From Oscillospiraceae bacterium (lineage in GTDB: Bacteria > Bacillota > Clostridia > Oscillospirales > Oscillospiraceae), in contig JBMNQI010000001.1 of assembly GCA_050944055.1 (NCBI GenBank), forward strand, positions 14,328 to 78,327: a DNA stretch of 64,000 nucleotides. Reading direction: 5' to 3'. The notes beneath the pieces are model-generated. The model saw only the letters and a list, made by a program, of their open reading frames with translations, was not told the origin of the DNA and did not search any database. Of this stretch, positions 19,266 to 28,005 are shown piece after piece. Position 1 is the stretch's first letter, and each line of letters begins with the position of its first letter. The position numbers and the translations under genes were made by a program.

Positions 19266-20894
19266 ATGAGCATTTACAGGCAGTTCTGCGACGAGGTTTT
19301 TGACGAAAAAGGCATTCTCACCGAATTTCAAATCAAGTACCCGCCCGATTTCAACTTCGGGTACGACGTAGTCGACGAGATTGCCCGGAGGGAGCCGGAT
19401 AGGAAGGCTCTTGTCTGGTGCGACGACAAGGGAGAGGAGCGCTGCTTTACGTTCGGCGACATCAGCCGCCTGAGCAATAAGGCCGGAAACGCGCTGCTCG
19501 CGCGGGGCGTAAAAAAGGGCGACAGAGTAATGACCATTCTGAAGCGGCGCTATGAGTACTGGTATATAACCGTAGCCCTGCATAAGCTTGGCGCCGTGCT
19601 TGTGCCCGTGACGCATATGCTTACGGCGGAGGATATCGAGTATAGGGTCAACAGCGCCGGGATCAAAGCAATAATCTGCGTGCCTGACGAAGAGGTTACG
19701 CAAAAACTCCTCAGGGTGAATTGCCCGTCTCTTGAAACGCTGTGGACCGTAAATACGCCGGCGAAGGGATTTTATAGTTTTACGGACGAGGTGGAAGCGG
19801 CGCCGGAAAAACTGAAAAGGCAGGCGACTTCGGCAGATGAGCCGATACTTTTGTACTTCACCTCCGGCACAACGGGCTATCCCAAGGGCGTCGTCCACGA
19901 CCATACCTATCCGCTTGCCCATATAGTAACCGCTAAATACTGGCAGCAGGTCGTCGACGGGGGGCTTCACTTCACAGTCTCGGAAACCGGCTGGGCGAAA
20001 ACCTCCTGGGGCAAGATTTACGGCCAGTGGCTCGCGGGAAGCGCGGTTATGGTGTTCGATTTCGACAGCTTTGACCCAAGGCAGCTGACTTCTGTTATAA
20101 ACCGGTACAAGGTGACTACCTTCTGCGCGCCGCCCACGGTTTACAGGTACCTCGTAAAAAAGGAGATACCGGAAATGCCGAGCCTTGTCCATGCCTCGAC
20201 TGCTGGAGAGCCGCTCAACCCGGAGGTATTCAGCCGGTTTAAGCAGCTGACGGGCCTGAGCTTAACCGAGGGCTTCGGGCAGACGGAAACCACAATGCTC
20301 ATAGGATACCTCAAAGGCGATATGCCGCAACCGGGCTCAATGGGAAAACCCTCGCCCCTGTATCATATAGAGCTTTTGAAGGAAGACGGGATGCCCGCCA
20401 AAAACGGCGAAACGGGAGAGATTGTCGTCGTCCCGCCGAAGACGGGGAAACAGCCCGGCATCTTTTCAGCTTACAACAACAACGAGGACCTGAGCGGCTA
20501 CGCGTGGCGCGGCGGAGTTTATCACACGGGCGACGCCGCATGGAGGGACGAGCAGGGATACTACAGGTTTGTCGGCCGCATTGACGACGTGATAAAAACA
20601 AGAGGCTTCCGCGTAGGCCCGTTTGAGATTGAAAACGTCCTGATGGAGCATCCGGCGGTTATGGAATGCTCGGTAGTCGGCATTCCGGACGAGAAAAGAG
20701 GGCAGGCCATAAAGGCCGTAGTAGTGCTCGCGCCCGGCTATAAGCCTTCAAAAAGCCTCGGCAAAGAAATCAGAGAGTTCTGCAATGCGCGTATGTCAGA
20801 GTATAAATGGATACGCGTTCTGGATTTTGTCGAGTCCCTGCCTAAGACCATAAGCGGAAAAATCAGAAAAACCGTTCTCAGGGAGACAAGATAG
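19266..20894 (+). CDS. AMP-forming acyl-CoA synthetase (medium-chain/ACS-like ligase)
   Basis: AMP-binding signature YFTSGTTGYPKGV, the YHTGD motif and C-terminal SGKIRK. Length is 542 aa. Confidence 0.85.
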   Translation: MSIYRQFCDEVFDEKGILTEFQIKYPPDFNFGYDVVDEIARREPDRKALVWCDDKGEERCFTFGDISRLSNKAGNALLARGVKKGDRVMTILKRRYEYWYITVALHKLGAVLVPVTHMLTAEDIEYRVNSAGIKAIICVPDEEVTQKLLRVNCPSLETLWTVNTPAKGFYSFTDEVEAAPEKLKRQATSADEPILLYFTSGTTGYPKGVVHDHTYPLAHIVTAKYWQQVVDGGLHFTVSETGWAKTSWGKIYGQWLAGSAVMVFDFDSFDPRQLTSVINRYKVTTFCAPPTVYRYLVKKEIPEMPSLVHASTAGEPLNPEVFSRFKQLTGLSLTEGFGQTETTMLIGYLKGDMPQPGSMGKPSPLYHIELLKEDGMPAKNGETGEIVVVPPKTGKQPGIFSAYNNNEDLSGYAWRGGVYHTGDAAWRDEQGYYRFVGRIDDVIKTRGFRVGPFEIENVLMEHPAVMECSVVGIPDEKRGQAIKAVVVLAPGYKPSKSLGKEIREFCNARMSEYKWIRVLDFVESLPKTISGKIRKTVLRETR

Positions 20895-20930
20895 GCCCGA
20901 AGGCAATTGCGTTTGCCGCCGGGCGGGAAA

Positions 20931-20961
20931 AGGGGCCGGCGCTGATTAACGCGCGGCCCCT
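20931..20961. terminator. hairpin between convergent genes (possible terminator)
   Basis: AGGGGCCG (20931-20938) pairs with CGGCCCCT (20954-20961). Flanking T/A runs are weak. Confidence 0.4.
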
Positions 20962-20976
20962 GCAGTTTATTCAGTC

Positions 20977-22095
20977 TTAAGAAAGCCTTTCCCTAAAGTC
21001 GCCATACCCGAATTCTTTTACTACGCGGTATTCGCCGTTTTTTGTTTTAAGCACAATATCGGGCAGCCTCATGCCGTTGAATGTATTGTTTTTAACCATC
21101 GTGTAAATCGCCATATCCCCGAAAACCAGCCTGTCCCCCGCGGAGAGAGGCTTGTCGAACGAATAGTCTCCTATAATATCGCCGGCGAGGCATGTAGGCC
21201 CGCCTATGCGGTACGTATGCGCTTTTTCTCCCGCCTCGCCCGAGCCAAACAGCGGCGGCCTGTAGGGCATTTCTATGACGTCCGGCATGTGGCAGGCGGC
21301 GGAGGCGTCCACTATCGCGATGTCCATGCCGTTATGGACAATGTCCAGAACGCTTGTTATCAGCACGCCGGCGTCGAGGGCTATGGCCTCTCCGGGCTCA
21401 AGATAGACTTCAGGCCCGTATTTTTCCTGCATACGCTCTATGCAGCGCTCCAGGAGCCCAATATCGTAATCGCTTCTCGTTATATGGTGCCCGCCGCCGA
21501 AATTAATCCACTCAATTCGTTCAAGGTACTGCCCGAATTTCTCCTCGACGGAATTAAGCGTCTTAAGCAGGGCGTAGGAGTTCTGCTCGCACAGACTGTG
21601 GAAATGCAGCCCTGTCACGCCGGTAAAATCGGCTTTTTCAAGCTGTTCTGCCGTTATGCCGAGCCTTGAGTACGGCGCGCAGGGGTCGTATATGGCCTTT
21701 GTCTGCGTCGAGCATCCCGGGTTTATCCTCAGGCCGAGCTTTTTACCCCGGGCCAGGCTTTTATACTTTTCAAGCTGCGCGGCGGAATTGAAGACAATAT
21801 GGTCGCAGATTTCCGCAATCTCGGGAAACTCGTCCTCGCGGTACGCGGCGGAATAGACATGCGTCTCGCCGCCCATTTCCTCCTTCCCCAGCCTTGCCTC
21901 ATACAGCCCGCTTGCCGAGGTGCCGTCGAGGTATTTGCCTATGAGCGGGTAGACGGAGAACATTGAGAACGCCTTCTGGGCAAGCAGGATTTTAGCTCCG
22001 GTCCTCTCCGAAACACCGCGCAGTATCTTCAGATTGTCCTCGAGCTTTTCTTCGTCTATAACATAGCACGGAGTCCGCAGTTCGCTCAGCCTCAT
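20977..22095 (-). CDS. nspC: carboxynorspermidine/carboxyspermidine decarboxylase
   Basis: Alanine-racemase-fold decarboxylase with an N-terminus (MRLSELRTPCYVIDEEKLEDNLKIL) and length (372 aa) typical of CANSDC/CASDC. It lies directly downstream of the CASDH gene. Start chosen at 22095. Confidence 0.85.
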   Translation of the reverse strand: MRLSELRTPCYVIDEEKLEDNLKILRGVSERTGAKILLAQKAFSMFSVYPLIGKYLDGTSASGLYEARLGKEEMGGETHVYSAAYREDEFPEIAEICDHIVFNSAAQLEKYKSLARGKKLGLRINPGCSTQTKAIYDPCAPYSRLGITAEQLEKADFTGVTGLHFHSLCEQNSYALLKTLNSVEEKFGQYLERIEWINFGGGHHITRSDYDIGLLERCIERMQEKYGPEVYLEPGEAIALDAGVLITSVLDIVHNGMDIAIVDASAACHMPDVIEMPYRPPLFGSGEAGEKAHTYRIGGPTCLAGDIIGDYSFDKPLSAGDRLVFGDMAIYTMVKNNTFNGMRLPDIVLKTKNGEYRVVKEFGYGDFRERLS

Positions 22096-22096
22096 C

Positions 22097-23356
22097 TTAA
22101 TCCACCAGGACAGGGCTGAAGTCCTCTTTCCACGGCAGCCCCTGAGTATTAAGCTCATGCATGAACGGGTCCGGGTCGAATTCCTCGACGTTGAATACAC
22201 CGGGCCCCTTCCATTTGCCCGTAAGCAGCATCTTCGCGCCGATCATAGCCGGCACTCCCGTCGTATAAGCGATTGCCTGGGAGCCCACCTCGCGGTAAGA
22301 CTGTTCATGGTCGCAGATGTTATAGAGGTAATATGTCTTATTCTTACCGTCCTTTTTCCCCTTGAAAATGCAGCCTATATTGGTTTTTCCTTTTGTCCTC
22401 GGCCCAAGCGAGGCGGGGTCGGGCAGCAGCTCTTTCAAAAACTGTATGGGCACGATCTCCCGTCCCTCGTACATTATAGGCGTTGTCGAGAGCATGCCCA
22501 CGTTCCCAAGACACTTCATGTGCGTCAGGTAGGACTGCCCGAAGGTCATAAAGAAGCGTATGCGCTTGACGCCCCGTATGTTCCGGGCAAGCGACTCAAT
22601 CTCCTCGTGGTGCAGGAGGTACATATCCTTCTTACCCACCCCGTCGAATACGTATTCCCGCTTTATCTCCATCGGCTCCGTCTCTATCCAGCGCCCGTTT
22701 TCCCAGTAGGAGCCGGGGGCCGAGACTTCGCGGAGGTTGATCTCCGGATTGAAGTTGGTGGCGAACGGGTACCCGTGGTCGCCGCCGTTGCAGTCGAGTA
22801 TGTCAATCTCGTCAATCTCGTCAAACTGATGCTTCAGCGCGTAGGCCGAGAAAACGCCCGTAACGCCGGGGTCGAAGCCGCATCCGAGCAGGGCCGTGAT
22901 GCCCGCGCTTTTATACCTGTCGCTGTAGGCCCACTGCCAGGAATAGTCGAAATAGGCCGAAAACCCAAGCTCCCGCCGCCTTTTCTCGTAGGCTGCGCGC
23001 CAGTTTGGGTCGTTTGTGTCCTCGGGCTCGTAGTTCGCCGTATCCAAATAGTTGACCCTGCATTCAAGGCAGGCGTCCATAATTGATAGATCCTGATACG
23101 GCAGGGCTAAATTCATCACAAGCTCGGGCTTTACGCAGTCAATAAGCTCGATTAGCTCCCGCGTGTCGTCCGCGTCGACCTGTGCTGTCGTAATTTTCGT
23201 GCCTGTCCTGCCCTCAAGCGCCTCCTTAAGCGCGTCGCATTTTGATTTGGTCCGGCTTGCTATAACCAAATCGGTAAATACGTCGCTGTTCATGCAGCAC
23301 TTCCGTATGGCGACTGAGGCCACGCCGCCGCAGCCGATAACAAGTACTTTTGACAT
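22097..23356 (-). CDS. carboxy(nor)spermidine dehydrogenase/synthase (saccharopine dehydrogenase family)
   Basis: Rossmann motif MSKVLVIGCGGVASV, length about 419 aa, paired with nspC. Start at 23356; the upstream part of the track ORF overlaps speB. Confidence 0.85.
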   Translation of the reverse strand: MSKVLVIGCGGVASVAIRKCCMNSDVFTDLVIASRTKSKCDALKEALEGRTGTKITTAQVDADDTRELIELIDCVKPELVMNLALPYQDLSIMDACLECRVNYLDTANYEPEDTNDPNWRAAYEKRRRELGFSAYFDYSWQWAYSDRYKSAGITALLGCGFDPGVTGVFSAYALKHQFDEIDEIDILDCNGGDHGYPFATNFNPEINLREVSAPGSYWENGRWIETEPMEIKREYVFDGVGKKDMYLLHHEEIESLARNIRGVKRIRFFMTFGQSYLTHMKCLGNVGMLSTTPIMYEGREIVPIQFLKELLPDPASLGPRTKGKTNIGCIFKGKKDGKNKTYYLYNICDHEQSYREVGSQAIAYTTGVPAMIGAKMLLTGKWKGPGVFNVEEFDPDPFMHELNTQGLPWKEDFSPVLVD

Positions 23357-23369
23357 TTTGACACTCCTT

Positions 23370-24227
23370 TCAGTGAGCCAGAGCCAGAAGCATTTCGCGC
23401 ACGATTTTCCCGCCCGTGAGCACCGATATATCGGCCGGGCTGTAACCCGGGCTGAGCTCGACAACGTCGCAGCCGACGACGCTGCAGTTAAGGCATATAT
23501 CCGTGACGGCTTTTCGAAGCTCCTCAAAAGATATACCGCCGGCCTCGGGAGTCCCGGTTCCGGGGAAGACGGACGGGTCGAGTATATCGAGGTCAACCGT
23601 AAGATACACCGGCCTTCCGGTAAGGCGGCTTATCACCTCGGGAAGGCTGTCCGTACTGAAGCGATGCATTTCCGTATGCCCCTGGCTGCTCCATTCAAAT
23701 TCGCTCCTGTCGCCGGAGCGGATGCCGAGCTGTATAATACGCCCGTCGCCTGCAAGCTCATGGCAGCGCCTAATTACGCAGGCGTGCGACAGCTCCTCTC
23801 CGAGGTACTTATCCCGCAGGTCGGCGTGCGCGTCCAGATGCAGAAGCATTATGCCCGGATATCTTTTAACCGCCGAACGGAAAGCCCCCAGCGTAATAAG
23901 ATGCTCGCCTCCGAGCAAAAACGGGAGCTTGCCGTCGGAGAATATAATATCCGTTTTTTCCTCGATTTCATCCAAAACCCTGGAAGGATTGCCGAAGCCG
24001 AGCTCAAGGTCGCCGCCGTCGAAAACGGATATGTCCGAAAGGTCCTTATTAAGATAGGGGCTGTAGGATTCAAGGCCGTAGGACTCATGGCGCATAGACG
24101 AAGGCCCGAACCTCGCGCCGGGCCTGAACGAAACTGTTCCGTCAAACGGCGCGCCGTAGAGGACTATTGAGGAGCGCTCATAGTCGCTGTTACAGCAGAG
24201 AAATGTCTCGACGTTCTTATTCCACAT
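23370..24227 (-). CDS. speB: agmatinase / ureohydrolase family
   Basis: Mn-binding motifs HLDAHADLRD, GGEHLITLG and DLDILDPSVFPGTGTPEAGG. The start is ambiguous (24227 or 24248); both overlap the speE end. Confidence 0.85.
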   Translation of the reverse strand: MWNKNVETFLCCNSDYERSSIVLYGAPFDGTVSFRPGARFGPSSMRHESYGLESYSPYLNKDLSDISVFDGGDLELGFGNPSRVLDEIEEKTDIIFSDGKLPFLLGGEHLITLGAFRSAVKRYPGIMLLHLDAHADLRDKYLGEELSHACVIRRCHELAGDGRIIQLGIRSGDRSEFEWSSQGHTEMHRFSTDSLPEVISRLTGRPVYLTVDLDILDPSVFPGTGTPEAGGISFEELRKAVTDICLNCSVVGCDVVELSPGYSPADISVLTGGKIVREMLLALAH

Positions 24228-25068
24228 CCCGCAGCATCCTCTCCACATATTTTGGTATATAGAAGCAGCCCATATGCAGGTTCGTAGTGTAATAATCCGT
24301 CTCGATGCCGAGGGCCTTCCACTCGTCGGCCCGCAGGGAGCTAATAGGATGGTATTTTTTCGAGGCGAAGCCGAACATCCAGTGCCCCGAGGGATAGGTC
24401 GGGATGTGAGCCTGATAGACCCTGCTGATCGGGAAACTCTGGACTATGCGCCTGTGGGCGCGCTGCATCGCGGCCCCGTCCTCGGGATAGAAGGGGCTCT
24501 CGTGCTGGTTTACAAGAATCCCGTCGTCGCGCAGCGCCTTATAGCAGCTGCCGTAAAACTCCTTTGTAAACAGGCCCTCGCCCGGCCCGAAGGGGTCTGT
24601 CGAGTCCACTATTATGACGTCATAGGCGTTGAACTGCCGCCTTATGAATTTGACGCCGTCCTCATAGTAAATGCGGACTCTCGGGTCGCCGAGTTTGCAG
24701 GCGGTGAATTGAAGGTATTTCCTGCTCACGTCTATGACCATAGGGTCGATATCCACAAGGTCGATTGACTCTACCGTACTGTAGCGAACAAGCTCCCGGA
24801 CGACTCCGCCGTCCCCGCCGCCTATGACGAGGATATTCTTTGCCGACGGGTGGACCGCCATCGGCACGTGCACCATCATTTCATGGTATATGAACTCGTC
24901 CTTCTCGGTGAGCATAAGATAGCCGTCGAGCGTGAGGATGCGGCCGAATTCATACGACTCATATATGTCTATACGCTGGAAATCGCTCTGCGCGCTGAAT
25001 ATCTGGCGGTCTACGCGTATCGAAAAGCGTACGTTTTTCGTGTGGTTTTCAGTGAACCAGAGCTCCAT
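24217..25068 (-). CDS. speE: spermidine synthase-type aminopropyltransferase
   Basis: Motifs MELWFTENH, VIGGGDGGVVRE and DSTDPFGPGE. Start at 25068. Confidence 0.9.
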   Translation of the reverse strand: MELWFTENHTKNVRFSIRVDRQIFSAQSDFQRIDIYESYEFGRILTLDGYLMLTEKDEFIYHEMMVHVPMAVHPSAKNILVIGGGDGGVVRELVRYSTVESIDLVDIDPMVIDVSRKYLQFTACKLGDPRVRIYYEDGVKFIRRQFNAYDVIIVDSTDPFGPGEGLFTKEFYGSCYKALRDDGILVNQHESPFYPEDGAAMQRAHRRIVQSFPISRVYQAHIPTYPSGHWMFGFASKKYHPISSLRADEWKALGIETDYYTTNLHMGCFYIPKYVERMLRDVE

Positions 25069-25142
25069 AAAAAACCTCCCTTGTACGGTAGCGATAATTT
25101 CTAAGGGCACTAGGCGCCCCGCTAATCTGCGGCGGGACAATA

Positions 25143-26591
25143 TTACTTCAGTACGTTCAGGCGTTCCACACTGAGATCCTCGGGGCCGGTCATCGAGCAG
25201 CCCTTTTCCTTTGCGTATTCGATGTGAGTTATAATCTCTTCCGTGATCAGCTCGCCGGGCGCGAGTATCGGAATCCCGGGCGGATAGCTCATAACAAATT
25301 CCGAGCATATCCTCCCCGCGGTTTCCCGGAGCGGCAGCGAGTATTTTTCGGAGTAAAACGCCTCTTTGGGCGAAATTACAACAACAGGCGCGATATACTC
25401 CTGCGTGAGCATGCCGGTCTTTTCGCGGCTGAATTTCCTGCGTATTTCGCTAAGCGCGCTCACCAGCCTCTCGACGTCTCGCGAACGGTCCCCGATGGTG
25501 AAATACGCGAGGATATTCCCGATATCCCCGAATTCGATCTGAATATCATACTCGTCGCGGAGAATATCGTATACCTCAATGCCGGCAAGCCCGATGTCCA
25601 GCGTGTGCACCGACAGCTTCATGCGGTCGAAATCATAAACACTGTCCCCGTTAATAAGCTCTTTGGAAAACGCGTAGTAGCCGCCGATATCGTTTATTTC
25701 GCTGCGCGCGTATTCGGCAAGCTTAAGCGAGGAGGCGATCATGTCAGCGCCATGAACGGCAAAGCTTCTTCTTGACACGTCAAGCCCCGCCATTAAAAGG
25801 TATGAGGCGCTGGTCGTCTGCGTCAGGTTGATGATCTGGCGGAGGTAGCCGGAGTTTACGGCATCCGAGGCCAGAAGCAGGGAGCTCTGCGTGAGGCTGC
25901 ATCCCGACTTGTGCATCCCGACGGACGAAATATCGGCGCCGGCGCGCATGGCGGGGGCGGGCAGCCCGTCCCCAAAATAAAAAGCGGTCCCGTGCGCCTC
26001 GTCGGCCAGCGCCAGCATATTGTGCTCGTGGGCCAGTTTGACTATCGACTCTAAGTCGGAGCAGATTCCATAATATGTCGGGTTGTTGACAAAAACGGCC
26101 TTTGCGTCGGGGTTATCAGCTATCGCCTTCTCAACTGCGGAAAGCGGCATCCCGAGGGAGATTCCGAGCCTGGGGTCTATATCCGGCATGACGTATACGG
26201 GCACGGCGCCGCAGAGAATCAGCGCGTTAATCACGCTTTTGTGCACGTTCCGCGGCAGAATGATCTTATCCCCCTGCTTGCAGGCGTAAAGTATCATGCT
26301 TTGAACGGCGCAGGTCGTGCCGTTGACCATGAAAAACGCGTGTTCGGCCCCGAAGGCCTCGGCGGCAAGCTCCTCGGCATCTTTTATGACGGAAACCGGG
26401 TGTACGAGGTTGTCCAGCGGCCTCATCGAGTTGACGTCGACTTCGACGCACTGAGAGCCGAGAAGCCTGACAAGGTCCGGGTTTCCGCGCCCCCTCTTAT
26501 GCCCCGGCACGTCGAAGGGAACTATACGCGTCCTCCTGAACCGCTCGAGAGCCTCCGCCAGGGGCGCTGAGCTCTGGGACATATCGCTCAT
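25143..26591 (-). CDS. speA: Orn/Lys/Arg decarboxylase (AAT-fold), probable arginine decarboxylase
   Basis: PLP-lysine motif SVGMHKSG. Length (482 aa) and family match Bacillus-type SpeA. The ATG overlaps the speD TGA (TGATG at 26589-26593). Substrate assignment comes from operon context only. Confidence 0.75.
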   Translation of the reverse strand: MSDMSQSSAPLAEALERFRRTRIVPFDVPGHKRGRGNPDLVRLLGSQCVEVDVNSMRPLDNLVHPVSVIKDAEELAAEAFGAEHAFFMVNGTTCAVQSMILYACKQGDKIILPRNVHKSVINALILCGAVPVYVMPDIDPRLGISLGMPLSAVEKAIADNPDAKAVFVNNPTYYGICSDLESIVKLAHEHNMLALADEAHGTAFYFGDGLPAPAMRAGADISSVGMHKSGCSLTQSSLLLASDAVNSGYLRQIINLTQTTSASYLLMAGLDVSRRSFAVHGADMIASSLKLAEYARSEINDIGGYYAFSKELINGDSVYDFDRMKLSVHTLDIGLAGIEVYDILRDEYDIQIEFGDIGNILAYFTIGDRSRDVERLVSALSEIRRKFSREKTGMLTQEYIAPVVVISPKEAFYSEKYSLPLRETAGRICSEFVMSYPPGIPILAPGELITEEIITHIEYAKEKGCSMTGPEDLSVERLNVLK

Positions 26592-27352
26592 CAGCCGATA
26601 CTCCTCCCGGTGAAGATTTCAGCCATTTCACGGCTCAGTGCGTAGATTATCTCCTGCTGCTGCTCCCTGGGCAGCTCGTCTGCGCTGGCGTTGAAAAGGT
26701 AGTCCTGAAGCTTCAGCTCTTTAATGAGCATTTTTGTGTGAAACAGATTTGCCTTGCGGAGATTTTCGTCCACCGCGTCGTATTTTTCGAGTATTGAAGG
26801 GTCTATATATTCCTGGATGGAGTTAATATCGTGATCTATAAAAAGCTTTTCGCCCCGGATATTCCTCGTGAAGCCTCTGACGCGGTAGTCCATCGTAATT
26901 ATGTCCGAATCGAAGCTGCCGATGAGATAGTCCAGTGTCGACAGCGGCGTAATCTCCCCGCAGGTGGACACGTCGATATCCACGCGGAAGGTCGCTATTG
27001 AAGTGTCGGGATGGTATTCCGGGTACGTGTGGACTGTCACATGGCTTTTATCCAGATGCGCCACAACCGCTTCACCGTTCATGGGTATAAGCGAATTCTC
27101 GGCAATGAGGAAGGTTACGGAGGCGCCCTGGGGGTCGTAGTCCTGCTTTGAGACGCTCAGCACGTTCGCTCCTATCATCTCCGTAAGATTAGTCATGATT
27201 TTCGTCAGCCGTTCGGAATTATATTGTTCGTCGATATATGCTATATAGTCCTTCTGCTCGCCGGGAGTTTTAGCGTAGCACACATCGTAGATATTGAAGC
27301 TAAGCGATTTGGTGAGGTTATTGAAACCGTACAGTTTGATCTTGCTCTCCAT
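26591..27352 (-). CDS. speD: S-adenosylmethionine decarboxylase proenzyme (long, E. coli SpeD-like form)
   Basis: Motifs YGFNNLTKSLSFNIYD and AHLDKSHVTVHTYPE (self-processing region). ATG at 27352 is preceded by AGCAGGAGGT. Confidence 0.85.
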   Translation of the reverse strand: MESKIKLYGFNNLTKSLSFNIYDVCYAKTPGEQKDYIAYIDEQYNSERLTKIMTNLTEMIGANVLSVSKQDYDPQGASVTFLIAENSLIPMNGEAVVAHLDKSHVTVHTYPEYHPDTSIATFRVDIDVSTCGEITPLSTLDYLIGSFDSDIITMDYRVRGFTRNIRGEKLFIDHDINSIQEYIDPSILEKYDAVDENLRKANLFHTKMLIKELKLQDYLFNASADELPREQQQEIIYALSREMAEIFTGRSIG

Positions 27353-27385
27353 GCTGCACCTCCTGCTTGAGAATATTAGCCGGGA

Positions 27386-27428
27386 ATAAAAAATAAAAAA
27401 GCAAGCGACGGCAGGGCGCGTCACTTGC
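27386..27428 (-). terminator. intrinsic terminator inside the speD leader (putative attenuator)
   Basis: On the minus strand, GCAAGUGAC (27428-27420) pairs with GUCGCUUGC (27409-27401) as 9 bp including one G-U, with a 10-nt loop. UUUUUUAUUUUUUAUU follows, and the element lies about 35 nt upstream of the speD RBS. Confidence 0.75.
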
Positions 27429-27745
27429 TGAATTATCGAAAACTACGGACAGCAGAAATCAACTGTTCCGGAGTAAATCATGGCGTTAGAGTCTATATAG
27501 CAAAAATTACTTTTACTACTCTTATTGACCATTTCACAAGTTGCAGCGCGCTGGCGCCCGGTTATGAAGTAACCAACTTATAAAACTTGAGCGTTTCGCT
27601 CAATCAATAAGGCAACGAAGTTGCCCCTGCCTCTTCGACAGGTCTTCGGCATTTGACCCGGCCGTCCGTGTAGCCTTGACCTTAAGTTTGCGCCTTAAGG
27701 TGGTCAATAATTTTGCTTGAAAAGACTCTATGTGCCTTCTCTCAG
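27429..27745 (-). ncRNA. structured 5' leader of the polyamine operon, candidate riboswitch or attenuator aptamer (unclassified)
   Basis: Three co-linear long-range helices close a roughly 240-nt domain (+ coordinates): 27723-27728 with 27489-27494, 27711-27717 with 27499-27505, and 27701-27710 with 27522-27531. At least four local hairpins lie inside: 27680-27700, 27611-27625, 27587-27603 and 27538-27579. No convincing ORF is present. Confidence 0.5.
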
Positions 27746-27752
27746 TCTTGTC

Positions 27753-27781
27753 ATCATAACGTATATTCTATGCATAGTCAA
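27753..27781 (-). promoter_or_regulatory. candidate sigma-A promoter of the speD operon leader
   Basis: On the minus strand: TTGACT (27781-27776), 17-nt spacer, TATGAT (27758-27753). Confidence 0.55.
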
Positions 27782-27950
27782 GGATTTTTTACAGTAACTT
27801 CAGGACCGGGAATCCGTCGTATCGCGGCCGCCTGCCCGTGCAGCCGTCGGCTTTGTATAATGGCAATACTATGCATGGCGGCGAAAAACTGAAAAAACTC
27901 ATAGTGTTTTCAGTACAAATGGGTACAATAACAATAAAAATAAAAAATAC

Positions 27951-27979
27951 TTGCATAATGTCCCAAGCTGTGCTATATT
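27951..27979 (+). promoter_or_regulatory. candidate extended -10 sigma-A promoter of the rimP-nusA-infB operon
   Basis: TTGCAT (27951-27956), 17-nt spacer ending in TGC, then TATATT (27974-27979). Confidence 0.55.
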
Positions 27980-28005
27980 AGCCTTATCAGAGAGTAAGTG
28001 TTGGC

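Noticed and set aside
19260-20192. 310-aa minus-strand ORF antisense to the acyl-CoA synthetase
   Set aside because: It is a shadow ORF in a high-GC coding region. The opposite strand carries clear AMP-binding motifs.
22157-24170. Plus-strand ORFs (22157..23086, 23163..24170, 23503..24057) opposite the polyamine genes
   Set aside because: All are antisense to well-supported CASDH and speB frames. None has an RBS or recognisable motifs.
27489-27728. Independent sRNA (for example 6S RNA, SRP RNA, RNase P or tmRNA) in the speD/rimP intergenic region
   Set aside because: No conserved signatures of SRP, RNase P (GGAAAGUCCGG) or tmRNA are present, and the interior is multi-hairpin rather than a 6S-like rod. 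The minus-strand promoter, terminator and RBS arrangement fits a cis leader better.
27429-27745. T-box, lysine, glycine, TPP or ykkC riboswitch identity for the speD leader
   Set aside because: Only short fragments match (CUGAGA at the very 5' end, GCCGAAG, GAGUAG, ACACGG). They occur in the wrong order and context. The T-box GGUGGUACCGCG-type motif is absent on the minus strand, so no known class could be assigned by eye.
27887-27915. AT-rich hairpin ACTGAAAA...TTTTCAGT between the two divergent promoters
   Set aside because: It is a weak A/T stem in an AT-rich promoter region with no upstream gene to terminate. It is likely incidental.
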